A DNA stretch of 32,000 bases from Candidatus Omnitrophota bacterium (GTDB lineage: Bacteria; Omnitrophota; Gorgyraeia; Zapsychrales; JANLHA01), in assembly GCA_963662715.1 (NCBI GenBank), contig OY759724.1, positions 3,060,001 through 3,092,000 on the forward strand, given 5' to 3'. The position numbers and the translations under genes are program-made. Positions 7,726 to 16,733 of the stretch are shown piece after piece. The notes under the pieces are model-generated. The model was not told the DNA's origin. It saw only the letters and a program-made list of their open reading frames with translations, and made no database searches. How positions within the stretch are numbered: the first letter of the stretch is position 1; each line of letters opens with the position of its first letter.

Positions 7726-8922
7726 ATGGACAAAGATTATGACTATATCATCATCGGGGCGGGTATCATGGGCCTGGCCATGGCGTATGCTTTAAAAAAG
7801 GCGCAGCCCGGCTGCCGTATTCTGGTGATAGAAAAAGATCATGACGTTGCCGCTCACGCCTCCGGCCGCAACAGCGGGGTGCTGCATGCCGGATTTTATT
7901 ATTCGGCGGACAGCTTTAAAGCCCGCTTTACCGTTGAAGGCAACCTGGCGATGAAGGAATTTTGCCGTATCCATAACGTCCCGGTGAATGCCTGCGGAAA
8001 ACTTGTTGTCGCGCAGAACGAGACTGAGCTGGCGGCCCTTGCGGAACTGTTGAAAAGGGGACAAAAAAACGGGTCCAATGTTTCCCTGATCGATGCCAAA
8101 GAGGCGGAGGAGATCGAACCAAACGTCTCGACATATCAGCGGGCCCTGTTTTCGCCGGACACGGCCAGCATAGACCCGGCGGAAGTCTGCCGCAAACTCA
8201 AAGACGTGCTGCTCTCCCAGGATGTGGAATTTTCGTTTGAGACGCGTTATTTAAAACATGCCGGATCCGTCATTGAAACCACCCGGGGGCATTTTTCCGC
8301 CGGAAAAATCATCAATGCCGCCGGACTCTATGCCGACAAAATCGCTCAGGACTTCGGATTTGGCTTCCGCTACACCATGATTCCGTTTAAAGGGTTATAC
8401 CTGAAATACACGAAAAACAAAACAGACGTGAAAATTAATATTTATCCTGTTCCTAATCTAAAAAATCCTTTTTTAGGCGTCCATTATACAAAAGCCGTTG
8501 ACGAGACGATCAAAATCGGGCCGACAGCCATTCCGGCGTTCTGGAGAGAAAATTACAGTCTTAAAGAAAACTTCCGGGCAGCAGAATTCCTGGAAATTCT
8601 TAAATATGAAACTTTGCTGTTTTTATCGAACAGCTTTAATTTCCGCGACCTGGCCTTCGAAGAGATGAAAAAATATTACCGGAAATACTTCATCAGCCTG
8701 GCCACGCGGATGGTTAAAAGCATTGACCCGGATGGATTCACCCAATATACCGCCCCCGGCATCCGGGCCCAGCTGCTTGATAAAAAGACCTTGACCCTTG
8801 TCCAGGATTTTGTCGTTGAAGCGGACAAATCAACGGTTCATATCCTGAATGCCGTTTCTCCGGCCTTCACCTGTGCTTTTCCCTTTGCCGATTATATCGT
8901 CCGGCAATATATCCGGAAATAA
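7726..8922 (+). CDS. lhgO: L-2-hydroxyglutarate oxidase-like FAD-dependent oxidoreductase
   Basis: It has the N-terminal dinucleotide fold DYIIIGAGIMGLA. Blocks shared with E. coli LhgO/YgaF are HASGRNSGVLHAGFYY, PFKGLYLKY, YPVPN..PFLGVHYTK, GIRAQLLD and NAVSPAFT. Confidence 0.8.
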   Translation: MDKDYDYIIIGAGIMGLAMAYALKKAQPGCRILVIEKDHDVAAHASGRNSGVLHAGFYYSADSFKARFTVEGNLAMKEFCRIHNVPVNACGKLVVAQNETELAALAELLKRGQKNGSNVSLIDAKEAEEIEPNVSTYQRALFSPDTASIDPAEVCRKLKDVLLSQDVEFSFETRYLKHAGSVIETTRGHFSAGKIINAAGLYADKIAQDFGFGFRYTMIPFKGLYLKYTKNKTDVKINIYPVPNLKNPFLGVHYTKAVDETIKIGPTAIPAFWRENYSLKENFRAAEFLEILKYETLLFLSNSFNFRDLAFEEMKKYYRKYFISLATRMVKSIDPDGFTQYTAPGIRAQLLDKKTLTLVQDFVVEADKSTVHILNAVSPAFTCAFPFADYIVRQYIRK

Positions 8923-8954
8923 TTCTTTAAATAAGTCATTTAATGAAGTATTTC

Positions 8955-8987
8955 TTGACAATTTATGATGAATGCTTATGATATTAT
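8955..8987 (+). promoter_or_regulatory. Candidate promoter of the nfu-rrf2-suf operon
   Basis: TTGACA (8955-8960), 16 nt, then TATGAT (8977-8982). An overlapping extended -10-like TGATATTAT lies at 8979-8987. The region also carries dyad-symmetric elements (see findings). Confidence 0.35.
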
Positions 8988-9108
8988 AAGCAGTTAGGGG
9001 ATTCGTTTATAAGGAGCTGGTGTTTTTCTTGAAAATTGCGTCTTTGAGAAATAGGTATAATTTAAACCCAATTTTATGGATTATCCAGCAGAACAGAAAG
9101 GAGAATAC

Positions 9109-9663
9109 ATGTCTTATACCATCCATATTCAGCCGACACCCAACCCCAATGCCCTGAAATTTATTCTTAACGAACCGGTGATTAACCAGGGGAATATAAC
9201 ATTCAAAAATTCCGAAGAAGCCAAAAATACGCCTTTAGCGGAAAGGCTTTTTGCCCTGCCCAACGTGGCCGAAGTCTTTTTCAATGAAAACTACATTACC
9301 GTCACCCAAAACGGCCAGGCCGACTGGGATGAACTGGAAAAGAATATTCAGACGGTCATTCTCGAAAATATGCCGGCACATAATCCGGATATTCAAATTT
9401 CCTCATCCGGGACGGCATCCGCGGACACATCCGCCGATCCCCAACGCCAGAAAATTGAAGAGCTGTTAAACCAGAACATCCGGCCTTATCTGCAAATGGA
9501 CGGCGGGGATGTTCAGGTCGTGGACTTCAAAGACAATGTCCTGAGCATTGCCTATCAAGGGGCCTGCGGGGGCTGCCCGGGGGCAACGATGGGGACATTA
9601 CGGGCCATCGAAAATGTTCTGAAAGATAAGTATGATCCGGATATTGTCGTTCAAATGGCTTAA
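9109..9663 (+). CDS. Nfu-type Fe-S cluster carrier/scaffold (Nfu_N domain plus NifU C-terminal CXXC domain)
   Basis: IQPTPNPNALKF is the Nfu N-terminal domain signature, and IRPYLQMDGGDV...GACGGCPGATMGTL is the NifU-like C-terminal domain. ATG 9109 is preferred because an AAAGGAG RBS ends 5 nt upstream. The track ORF starts at 9076. Confidence 0.85.
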   Translation: MSYTIHIQPTPNPNALKFILNEPVINQGNITFKNSEEAKNTPLAERLFALPNVAEVFFNENYITVTQNGQADWDELEKNIQTVILENMPAHNPDIQISSSGTASADTSADPQRQKIEELLNQNIRPYLQMDGGDVQVVDFKDNVLSIAYQGACGGCPGATMGTLRAIENVLKDKYDPDIVVQMA

Positions 9664-9697
9664 TATGACAACCGCATAGAGGATGGGCTGATTTTTC

Positions 9698-10135
9698 ATG
9701 TTTAAAATGAATAAAAAAATGGAGTACGCTCTTATTTCCCTGAAATATATGAGCCAAAAATCGCCGGGACAGCTGACTTCGGCCAAAGAAATCAGCTCCA
9801 GTTTTAATATCCCGTTTGATCCGACCGCAAGAGTGCTGCAGATCATGACCCAGCATGAATTACTGAGGGCCGTGCAAGGAGTACACGGAGGATACCAGAT
9901 CCTCAAAGACCTTTCAAAAATTTCTCTGGGGGACCTGAATAATATCATCATAGGGCCGATCAGGATCACGACCTGCTCCTGCGGGGAAAACAAATGCAAA
10001 ATAAACGGACACTGCGACATGGTTAAGTCGATGAATAAACTGAACCTGCGGCTGCAGGAACTCTTTGACACCATAAAATTGCAGGATTTCTTTGAACTCG
10101 AAAAACCGAAAAAGCATCAGCTGGCGAAAAAATAA
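9698..10135 (+). CDS. Rrf2-family transcriptional regulator (IscR/NsrR-like, Cys-rich)
   Basis: MEYALISLKYM... is a winged-helix N-terminus typical of Rrf2. A Cys cluster, CSCGENKCKINGHC, sits where Rrf2 proteins bind Fe-S. The gene is directly upstream of sufBCDSU. The start could also be ATG 9707. Confidence 0.8.
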   Translation: MFKMNKKMEYALISLKYMSQKSPGQLTSAKEISSSFNIPFDPTARVLQIMTQHELLRAVQGVHGGYQILKDLSKISLGDLNNIIIGPIRITTCSCGENKCKINGHCDMVKSMNKLNLRLQELFDTIKLQDFFELEKPKKHQLAKK

Positions 10136-10156
10136 TCTTTTAAAGGCGGCCAAGAG

Positions 10157-11638
10157 ATGTGCAAAGATCCGCAGCCCAAGGATAAAAATTTGAACGAAAA
10201 AACACTGGGAGAGAATGCTCTGTCCGGCCGTGAATATAAATACGGATTCTACACAGACGTTGATGCGGACACGGCCCCAAAAGGTTTAAATGAGGATATT
10301 ATCCGTCTCATATCGGAAAAGAAGGCAGAGCCGGCATGGATGCTGCAGTGGCGGTTAAAGGCTTTTGCCCATTGGAAAACCATGACCGAACCCCATTGGG
10401 CGAATTTCGAATACGCGCCTATTGATTATCAGGAAAGCCATTACTACAGCGCACCGAAAAAAAAGCCGCGGGGGCCGGGGACTCTGGAAGAAGTGGATCC
10501 GGAGGTCATTCAGACATTCGACCGCCTGGGGATCCCTGTTTCGGAACAGAAACGCCTGACGGGAGTTGCGGTCGACGCTGTTTTTGACAGTATTTCCGTG
10601 GGGACCACCCATCAGAATGATTTAAGTCAGCTAGGCATCATTTTCTGTCCGATCAGCGAGGCGATAAAAACATATCCCGATCTGGTGCGGAAATATCTTG
10701 GATCGGTCGTCCCGTATACCGACAATTTTTTCGCGGCCTTGAATTCCGCGGTTTTCACGGACGGATCATTCTGTTTTATCCCCAAGGGCGTGCGCTGCCC
10801 GATCGAACTGTCGACATATTTCCGCATCAACGCCGCGCAAACAGGACAATTTGAACGCACGTTAATTGTGGCCGAAGATGACGCTTACGTGAGTTACCTG
10901 GAAGGCTGTACCGCTCCCATGAGGGACGAAAATCAGCTGCACGCCGCTGTCGTGGAATTAGTGGCTATGAACCGTTCTGAAATCAAATATTCTACGGTGC
11001 AGAACTGGTATGCCGGAGACGGGGAAGGGAAGGGCGGGATATACAACTTTGTGACCAAAAGAGGAAAATGCCTGGGAAGAAATTCCAAGATTTCCTGGAC
11101 TCAGGTCGAAGCCGGATCGGCGATTACCTGGAAGTATCCCAGTGTTATTCTGCAGGGAGACCATTCTGCCGGAGAATTTTATTCTGTGGCCCTGACCAAT
11201 CACCGTATGCAGGCTGATACAGGGACGAAGATGATCCATATCGGGAAAAACACAAAAAGCACGATCGTTTCCAAAGGCATTTCCACCGATGAATCGAACA
11301 ATAGTTACCGGGGGCTTGTTAAAATCATGCCTTCTGCCGACCATGCCCGAAATTTCTCGCAATGTGATTCCATGCTGGTCGGTAACAGATGCAGCGCTAA
11401 TACATTTCCCTACATTGAAGTTCATAATCCTTCGGCCACCATGGAACATGAAGCGTCAACCTCTAAAATCAATGCCGAACAAATTTTTTACCTGCAGTCA
11501 CGGGGACTGGATACGGAAGGCGCCATCTCTCTGATCATAAACGGATTCTGCAAGGACGTTTTCCAGGAACTGCCCCTGGAATTCGCGGTAGAGGCCGTAA
11601 AACTGCTGGAAATGAAACTCGAAGGCAGCGTGGGTTAA
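10157..11638 (+). CDS. sufB: Fe-S cluster assembly scaffold protein SufB
   Basis: The full-length SufB signature is present ([23 protein letters not shown], ...FVTKRG...[21 protein letters not shown]). Confidence 0.95.
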   Translation: MCKDPQPKDKNLNEKTLGENALSGREYKYGFYTDVDADTAPKGLNEDIIRLISEKKAEPAWMLQWRLKAFAHWKTMTEPHWANFEYAPIDYQESHYYSAPKKKPRGPGTLEEVDPEVIQTFDRLGIPVSEQKRLTGVAVDAVFDSISVGTTHQNDLSQLGIIFCPISEAIKTYPDLVRKYLGSVVPYTDNFFAALNSAVFTDGSFCFIPKGVRCPIELSTYFRINAAQTGQFERTLIVAEDDAYVSYLEGCTAPMRDENQLHAAVVELVAMNRSEIKYSTVQNWYAGDGEGKGGIYNFVTKRGKCLGRNSKISWTQVEAGSAITWKYPSVILQGDHSAGEFYSVALTNHRMQADTGTKMIHIGKNTKSTIVSKGISTDESNNSYRGLVKIMPSADHARNFSQCDSMLVGNRCSANTFPYIEVHNPSATMEHEASTSKINAEQIFYLQSRGLDTEGAISLIINGFCKDVFQELPLEFAVEAVKLLEMKLEGSVG

Positions 11639-11664
11639 AAATATCAACATTGAGGGAAACCATT

Positions 11665-12414
11665 ATGCTGGAAATAAAAAATCTTACCATTGAAGTCGAA
11701 GGGACGGAGATATTAAAAGGCATCAACTTAACCATGCAGGAAGGGAAAGTGCATGCGATCATGGGGCCGAACGGATCGGGGAAAAGCACTCTGGCCAAAA
11801 TCATTGCCGGGCATCCCGACTATTCAGCCACCAAAGGGGAGATCCTTTTTAAGATTAATAACAAAATGGTGAACCTTCTCGAGTTGGCGCCTGAAGAACG
11901 TGCCAAAGAAGGCGTGTTTTTGGCTTTCCAGTACCCGGTTGAAATCCCCGGCGTATCGAATACGGTTTTTCTGCGGGCGGCGTTTAACGAGATATGCAAA
12001 CACCAGGGTGTTGAAGAAATGGACCCCATGGACTTTGACGCGTATTTACGGGAAAAAATGCAACGGCTTCACATGGATGAAAAGTATATCCACCGGCCCG
12101 TTAATGTGGACTTTTCCGGAGGAGAGAAAAAACGGAATGAAATCCTACAAATGGCGATCCTGAATCCCCGTCTGGCCATTCTGGACGAAACAGACTCCGG
12201 GCTGGATGTTGATTCGATGCGTATCGTGGCTGATGGGGTGAACCGGTTAAAATCGTCACACAACGCTTTTCTTGTGATCACTCATTATCAAAGATTATTA
12301 AATTATATTGTCCCGGATGTGGTGCATATCCTGCAGAACGGGCAAATCGTACGAACAGCCGGGAAGGAGCTGGCGCTGGAAGTCGAAGACAAAGGCTACG
12401 ACTGGCTGACATAA
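11665..12414 (+). CDS. sufC: Fe-S cluster assembly ATPase SufC
   Basis: It has Walker A GPNGSGKST, the ABC signature FSGGEKKR and Walker B LAILDETDSGLD. A GAGGGA RBS lies 7 nt before ATG 11665. The track ORF begins at TTG 11650. Confidence 0.95.
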   Translation: MLEIKNLTIEVEGTEILKGINLTMQEGKVHAIMGPNGSGKSTLAKIIAGHPDYSATKGEILFKINNKMVNLLELAPEERAKEGVFLAFQYPVEIPGVSNTVFLRAAFNEICKHQGVEEMDPMDFDAYLREKMQRLHMDEKYIHRPVNVDFSGGEKKRNEILQMAILNPRLAILDETDSGLDVDSMRIVADGVNRLKSSHNAFLVITHYQRLLNYIVPDVVHILQNGQIVRTAGKELALEVEDKGYDWLT

Positions 12415-12421
12415 TAAAAAA

Positions 12422-13756
12422 ATGATGACGACACAGGATCAAAAACAAAAAAATACATGGCAGGGCCTTATAGCGGCCTGCGAGTCCATTTATCAGTATC
12501 ACCGGGATCAGGGACCGGACTGGTACGCCCAGGACCGGCAACGGGCCTGGAACGATGTTCTATCAACAGAGGCGCCGTCTCCCAAAAACGAACGCTGGAA
12601 ATACACGAACATTTCCCCGCTCTTTGAACTGCCCTTTGTCCGGGCTGAAAAAACCGGTCTTCCGGCCGGCCATGACTTACGAACCGGTGGCACGGACGGG
12701 ACGGATATTTCTGTTTTTCTCGTAAACGGCGTCATTGTCAATATCCCCCCGGCGACAAACGGACTGTCTATCAGACGCTTTTCGGAACTCTCTGAAGAAG
12801 ATTATACCCGGAATATAGCTCCTGTTTTGCGTCCGTCAACGGCTTTTTTTGAAAATCTAAACACGGCTTTGTCCGCAGACGGGCTGTGGATTCATATCCC
12901 GCAAAAAACTCAAATCAAACCCTGCATCCATATTTGCCACATAGCCCTGCCGGAAGAACACCCGGTCATCGTGTCTCCCCGTATCCTGCTAACCGCCGGG
13001 CCTTTTGCCGAAGCGGATATTCTCATGTCTTTTTTGTCTTGGGAGATCACAACAGCTTCTTTTACAAATGCCTTAACCGAAGTCGTTCTGGACCGGAATG
13101 CCCGTATTTCGCTGACGGTAAATCAAAATGAAGATCAGAACCGCTACCATGTCAATTCCCTGAATGTCCTGCAGAACCGGGACTCTTCATTCCGTCATTT
13201 CTCTTCCGTAACCGGCGCACGCTTAACGAGAAACGAATTGACCACCACATTAAAGGAACCCGGCGCTTCTGCCGATCTCAAAGGCATTTACCTTGTACAG
13301 GGAGAGCAGCATGTCGATAATCATACAGAAATCCGGCATATCGCTTGCCGCGGCACCAGCAATCAATTATATAAAGGGATTTTAAACGACAGAGGAAGGG
13401 CGGTCTTTAACGGGCGGGTGTATGTCCATCCGGAGGCCCAGCAGACAAACTCTTACCAGCTGAACAAAAATTTACTGATGGGCGAACAATGCCGGGTCGA
13501 CACCAAACCGCAACTCGAGATTTTTGCAGATGACGTGAAATGCAGCCACGGCGCCACAATCGGACAGCTGAATCAGGAAGAAATATTTTATCTGCAGGCC
13601 CGGGCGATCCCCAAAAAACAAGCCGTCCGCATGCTGGCCAGAGGGTTTGTCGAGGATATTGTCAACCAGATTCCTTGTCTTTCCTCCGGGAGAAAAATTT
13701 CGGAAACGATAGGACCCGTTCTGTCGTCCATGACTTACGAAAAGACGCCATCATGA
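12422..13756 (+). CDS. sufD: Fe-S cluster assembly protein SufD
   Basis: The C-terminal beta-helix blocks shared with SufB/SufD are present (KPQLEIFADDVKCSHGATIGQL..EEIFYLQARAI). Position between sufC and sufS is canonical. The stop overlaps the sufS ATG (ATGA). Confidence 0.9.
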   Translation: MMTTQDQKQKNTWQGLIAACESIYQYHRDQGPDWYAQDRQRAWNDVLSTEAPSPKNERWKYTNISPLFELPFVRAEKTGLPAGHDLRTGGTDGTDISVFLVNGVIVNIPPATNGLSIRRFSELSEEDYTRNIAPVLRPSTAFFENLNTALSADGLWIHIPQKTQIKPCIHICHIALPEEHPVIVSPRILLTAGPFAEADILMSFLSWEITTASFTNALTEVVLDRNARISLTVNQNEDQNRYHVNSLNVLQNRDSSFRHFSSVTGARLTRNELTTTLKEPGASADLKGIYLVQGEQHVDNHTEIRHIACRGTSNQLYKGILNDRGRAVFNGRVYVHPEAQQTNSYQLNKNLLMGEQCRVDTKPQLEIFADDVKCSHGATIGQLNQEEIFYLQARAIPKKQAVRMLARGFVEDIVNQIPCLSSGRKISETIGPVLSSMTYEKTPS

Positions 13757-14978
13757 CAACCTTCGATATTCAGAAAATCCGTTCCTGTTTCCCGAACCTT
13801 AATATAAGCGTTCACGGGCAGCCTCTCGTCTACCTGGATAATGCTGCGACAACACTCAAACCGCAAAGCGTCATAGATCAGGTCGCGAAATATTACACCA
13901 CCGGGACCTCCAATGTCCACCGGGGCGTTCATTATCTCAGCGAACAGGCCACGGCCGAATATGAACGGACCAGGGAGAAAATCAAAAAATTTATCAATGC
14001 GGGAAAAACATCCGAGATCATCTTTACCAGCGGGACAACGGAAGCGATCAATTTAGTTGTTCAGAGTTACGGGCAGTCCTTCCTGCAGGAGGGGGACGAA
14101 ATTATTATTTCGGAAATGGAACATCATTCCAACATCGTGCCCTGGCAGCTTTTCTGCCAGAATAAAGGTTGCATCCTAAAAGTCGTCCCGATCGACGATC
14201 ACGGGCAGTTATGTCTTGACGAATACAGAAAAATGATAACCCCCCGGACAAAGTTTGTTTCCATGGTCTACATTTCCAATTCTCTGGGCACGGTCAATCC
14301 CATCCGGGAGATTATTGGAGAAGCCCATAACCAGGGGATTCCCGTTCTCGTGGATGCCGCCCAGGCTGTCGGGCACAAAGCCATTGACGTCCGGGAACTT
14401 GACTGTGATTTCCTGGCCTTTTCCGGCCATAAACTTTTCGGCCCGACCGGGACAGGCGTTCTATACGGGAAAGCCTCTCTGCTCAACCAAATGCAGCCGT
14501 ATCAATCCGGCGGGGACATGATCTCGTCAGTCACTTTTGAAAAAACGACCTTTAATGTTCTTCCCTATAAATTTGAAGCCGGAACACCTCATATCGCGGG
14601 GTCATCGGATTAGGAGCGGCGGTTGATTTTGTTCAGGAAATCGGGCTTCAAAACGTTGCGGAATACGAACAAGACCTGTTAAGATACGGGACCCGGCAGT
14701 TGCAGACTGTTCCCAATCTGCGTATTATCGGAACGGCTCAACACAAAACAGCGATCATTTCATTCGTGCTGCCCAATATCCACGCGCATGACCTGGGAAC
14801 TTTGGTGGATGAAGAAGGGGTGGCTTTACGGACAGGACACCACTGCACACAGCCTGTCATGAAACATTTCGGGGTGCCGGCAACCTCCCGGGCCTCAATG
14901 AGCTTTTATAATACCCGGGAAGATATCGACCGTTTAGTCAAGGCGATTCTGCAGGCGCAGACACTGTTCCCCGACTAA
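13753..14978 (+). pseudogene. sufS: Cysteine desulfurase SufS, split into two frames by a 1-nt deficit in a G run (a true frameshift or a sequencing/assembly indel)
   Basis: Frame 1 (13753-14613) encodes MTTFDIQKIR...SGHKLFGPTG (PLP lysine)...FEAGTPHIAG, then SSD and a stop. Shifting back 1 nt at GGGG 14598-14601 continues as VIGLGAAVDFVQEIG...RTGHHCTQP (catalytic Cys)...FPD, ending at 14978. Together the two parts form a colinear SufS of about 408 aa. Confidence 0.85.
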
Positions 14979-14987
14979 GGAGATTTT

Positions 14988-15446
14988 ATGACCCTGAACC
15001 ATCAAAAAGAACTTTATCAGCAAGTTATTCTTGAGCACAACAAAAAACCGCGTAATTTCGGAAAATTATCTCCCAGCACTCATTTTGCGGAAGGATACAA
15101 TCCGCTTTGCGGAGACCATTTGATGATCTATCTCGATATTAACAAAGATAATGTTGTGGAAAGGATATCGTTTGAGGGGGACGGATGTGCGATTTCCCGG
15201 GCATCCGCCTCCATGATGACTTCTGCGGTTAAAGGGAAATCTGTCCCTGAGGTTCTGTCCCTCTTCCAGGAATTTCACGATCTCGTGACAGGCACCCTCA
15301 ACCCGGAAGAACAGGCCCATCATTTGGGCAAGTTAACGATTTTCTCCGGTATTTGGCAGTATCCTTCCCGAGTTAAATGCGCGATTCTGGCCTGGCATAC
15401 TTTGAAAGGGGCTCTTGAACAGAAAAACTCGGTCAGCACCGAATAG
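14988..15446 (+). CDS. sufU: SUF-system sulfur transfer/scaffold protein SufU (IscU-like)
   Basis: The motifs NPLCGD, GDGCAIS and the late conserved Cys (VKCAILAW) are typical of SufU. An AAGGAG RBS is present. The gene is directly downstream of sufS. Confidence 0.9.
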   Translation: MTLNHQKELYQQVILEHNKKPRNFGKLSPSTHFAEGYNPLCGDHLMIYLDINKDNVVERISFEGDGCAISRASASMMTSAVKGKSVPEVLSLFQEFHDLVTGTLNPEEQAHHLGKLTIFSGIWQYPSRVKCAILAWHTLKGALEQKNSVSTE

Positions 15447-15460
15447 CAAGCACGACCTGC

Positions 15461-16417
15461 CTACCAGAAATACTTGTTCCCGGACTTCTCCCCAATGCCC
15501 CCCAGGAACCGGACTTCACGCTGCAGCTGAATATCAAACCGATCTTTGACCGCTCGCGCCATTCTTTCTGCCAATTCAAAGACGTCCTGCGCCGTGCACC
15601 GGGAACCGATCTTTATAATGATATTCGCATGCTTTTCAAAGACACCCGCCCCTCCGACATGCAAAGTCTTGGCTCCGGCTTGCTCCAAAAACCATCCCGC
15701 AGCGGTACGTTTTTCTCCAGGGACACCTGATTCCAGGTTCTTAAAGAAACTCCCGGCACAAGGGACTTGTTTATAGTCGGGATGTTTGGAGCGGCGGAGG
15801 GCAAGGATCTCGTCCCGTTCTGTCAGCAAGACCTTTTGATCGTCCGGAATTAACCGGAATGTCACCGAGGTTAAAACATGAGAGGAAGTCTTGAAATTTG
15901 AATGCCGGTAGCCGAACCCGCATTCCTCTTTTGTGGCGATCATTTCAGTACCATTCTCATTCAGGTAAAAAACATTTAAAACGGCATCCCCGATCTGTTG
16001 TCCGAAAGCGCCGGCATTCCCGATCACCGCACCGCCAACGGTGCCGGGGATACCTCCGGCAAAATTGATCCCGGCCAGACCTTCCCGGGCCGCGTACGCC
16101 GCCAGATCATCCAGAAGCGTGCTGGCACTGACTTGCAGGTCATGCCCATTCCGTTCGATAATAGGGGAAGGGGAGACATAACGAATGACGGAGCAATCCA
16201 CACCCTGATCAGAGACAACGACATTAGACCCGCCTCCCAGCAGGACAAACTCCTGCTGCATTTCCTGACAAAGGGAAACAGCCTGTCGGAGCTGCTGCGG
16301 AGTCCGGCATTCAATAAAAAAAGGACATGCCCCGCCTAACTGAAAGGTCGTAAAACGCGCAAGCGGGATGTGGCGGGAACACGGGATATTGAGAAACTTC
16401 AATTTTTCTTCGATCAT
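15461..16417 (-). CDS. murB: UDP-N-acetylenolpyruvoylglucosamine reductase MurB
   Basis: MurB blocks are present: FTTFQLGG, LLGGGSNV, IPGTVGGA and AGSFFKN, with the C-terminal domain. Confidence 0.9.
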   Translation of the reverse strand: MIEEKLKFLNIPCSRHIPLARFTTFQLGGACPFFIECRTPQQLRQAVSLCQEMQQEFVLLGGGSNVVVSDQGVDCSVIRYVSPSPIIERNGHDLQVSASTLLDDLAAYAAREGLAGINFAGGIPGTVGGAVIGNAGAFGQQIGDAVLNVFYLNENGTEMIATKEECGFGYRHSNFKTSSHVLTSVTFRLIPDDQKVLLTERDEILALRRSKHPDYKQVPCAGSFFKNLESGVPGEKRTAAGWFLEQAGAKTLHVGGAGVFEKHANIIIKIGSRCTAQDVFELAERMARAVKDRFDIQLQREVRFLGGIGEKSGNKYFW

Positions 16418-16464
16418 TTTTCAGGGATCCTCTGAATATCGGTATTCAGGATAAAAAGAAGCCT

Positions 16465-16719
16465 CTAAAACTCTATCTTCACTTCTCCTGCCCGGATATA
16501 ACACTGGCATGCCAGACGCCTGTGCGGATCAAGTCCGAGTTCAATTTCCTCGTCCGTAAGATCATTCAAATTCTCCTGTCCCGCAACAATCCGGACAATA
16601 CATGACCCGCAGACTCCGGTGTTGCAGTTAAACGGGACCCCCTGCGATTGACATAAAGAGCCGATTGGAGAGCCGTCCGGAAGATCAAAACTTTTTTGAT
16701 TGATTGTCAGTTGCGCCAT
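16465..16719 (-). CDS. Small plant-type [2Fe-2S] ferredoxin-domain protein
   Basis: The 84-aa product has CNTGVCGSC (C-x4-C-x2-C) plus a distal LACQC cysteine. A GGAGA RBS is present. The start lies 14 nt downstream of the ispH stop on the same strand. Confidence 0.8.
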   Translation of the reverse strand: MAQLTINQKSFDLPDGSPIGSLCQSQGVPFNCNTGVCGSCIVRIVAGQENLNDLTDEEIELGLDPHRRLACQCYIRAGEVKIEF

Positions 16720-16733
16720 AATATTCTCCGAAA

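Noticed and set aside
9019-9165. A small GTG-initiated ORF after AAGGAG (9012-9017) in the nfu leader, overlapping the nfu start.
   Set aside because: The RBS-to-start spacing is only about 1-3 nt. The product is hydrophobic or low-complexity with no motif. It overlaps the well-supported nfu start out of frame.
13540-13752. The 5' extension of the sufS ORF (track ORF 13540..14613), which runs 213 nt into sufD in another frame.
   Set aside because: The extension has no SufS-like sequence. The SufS N-terminus MTTFDIQKIR starts at ATG 13753, which overlaps the sufD stop (ATGA), the usual coupled arrangement.
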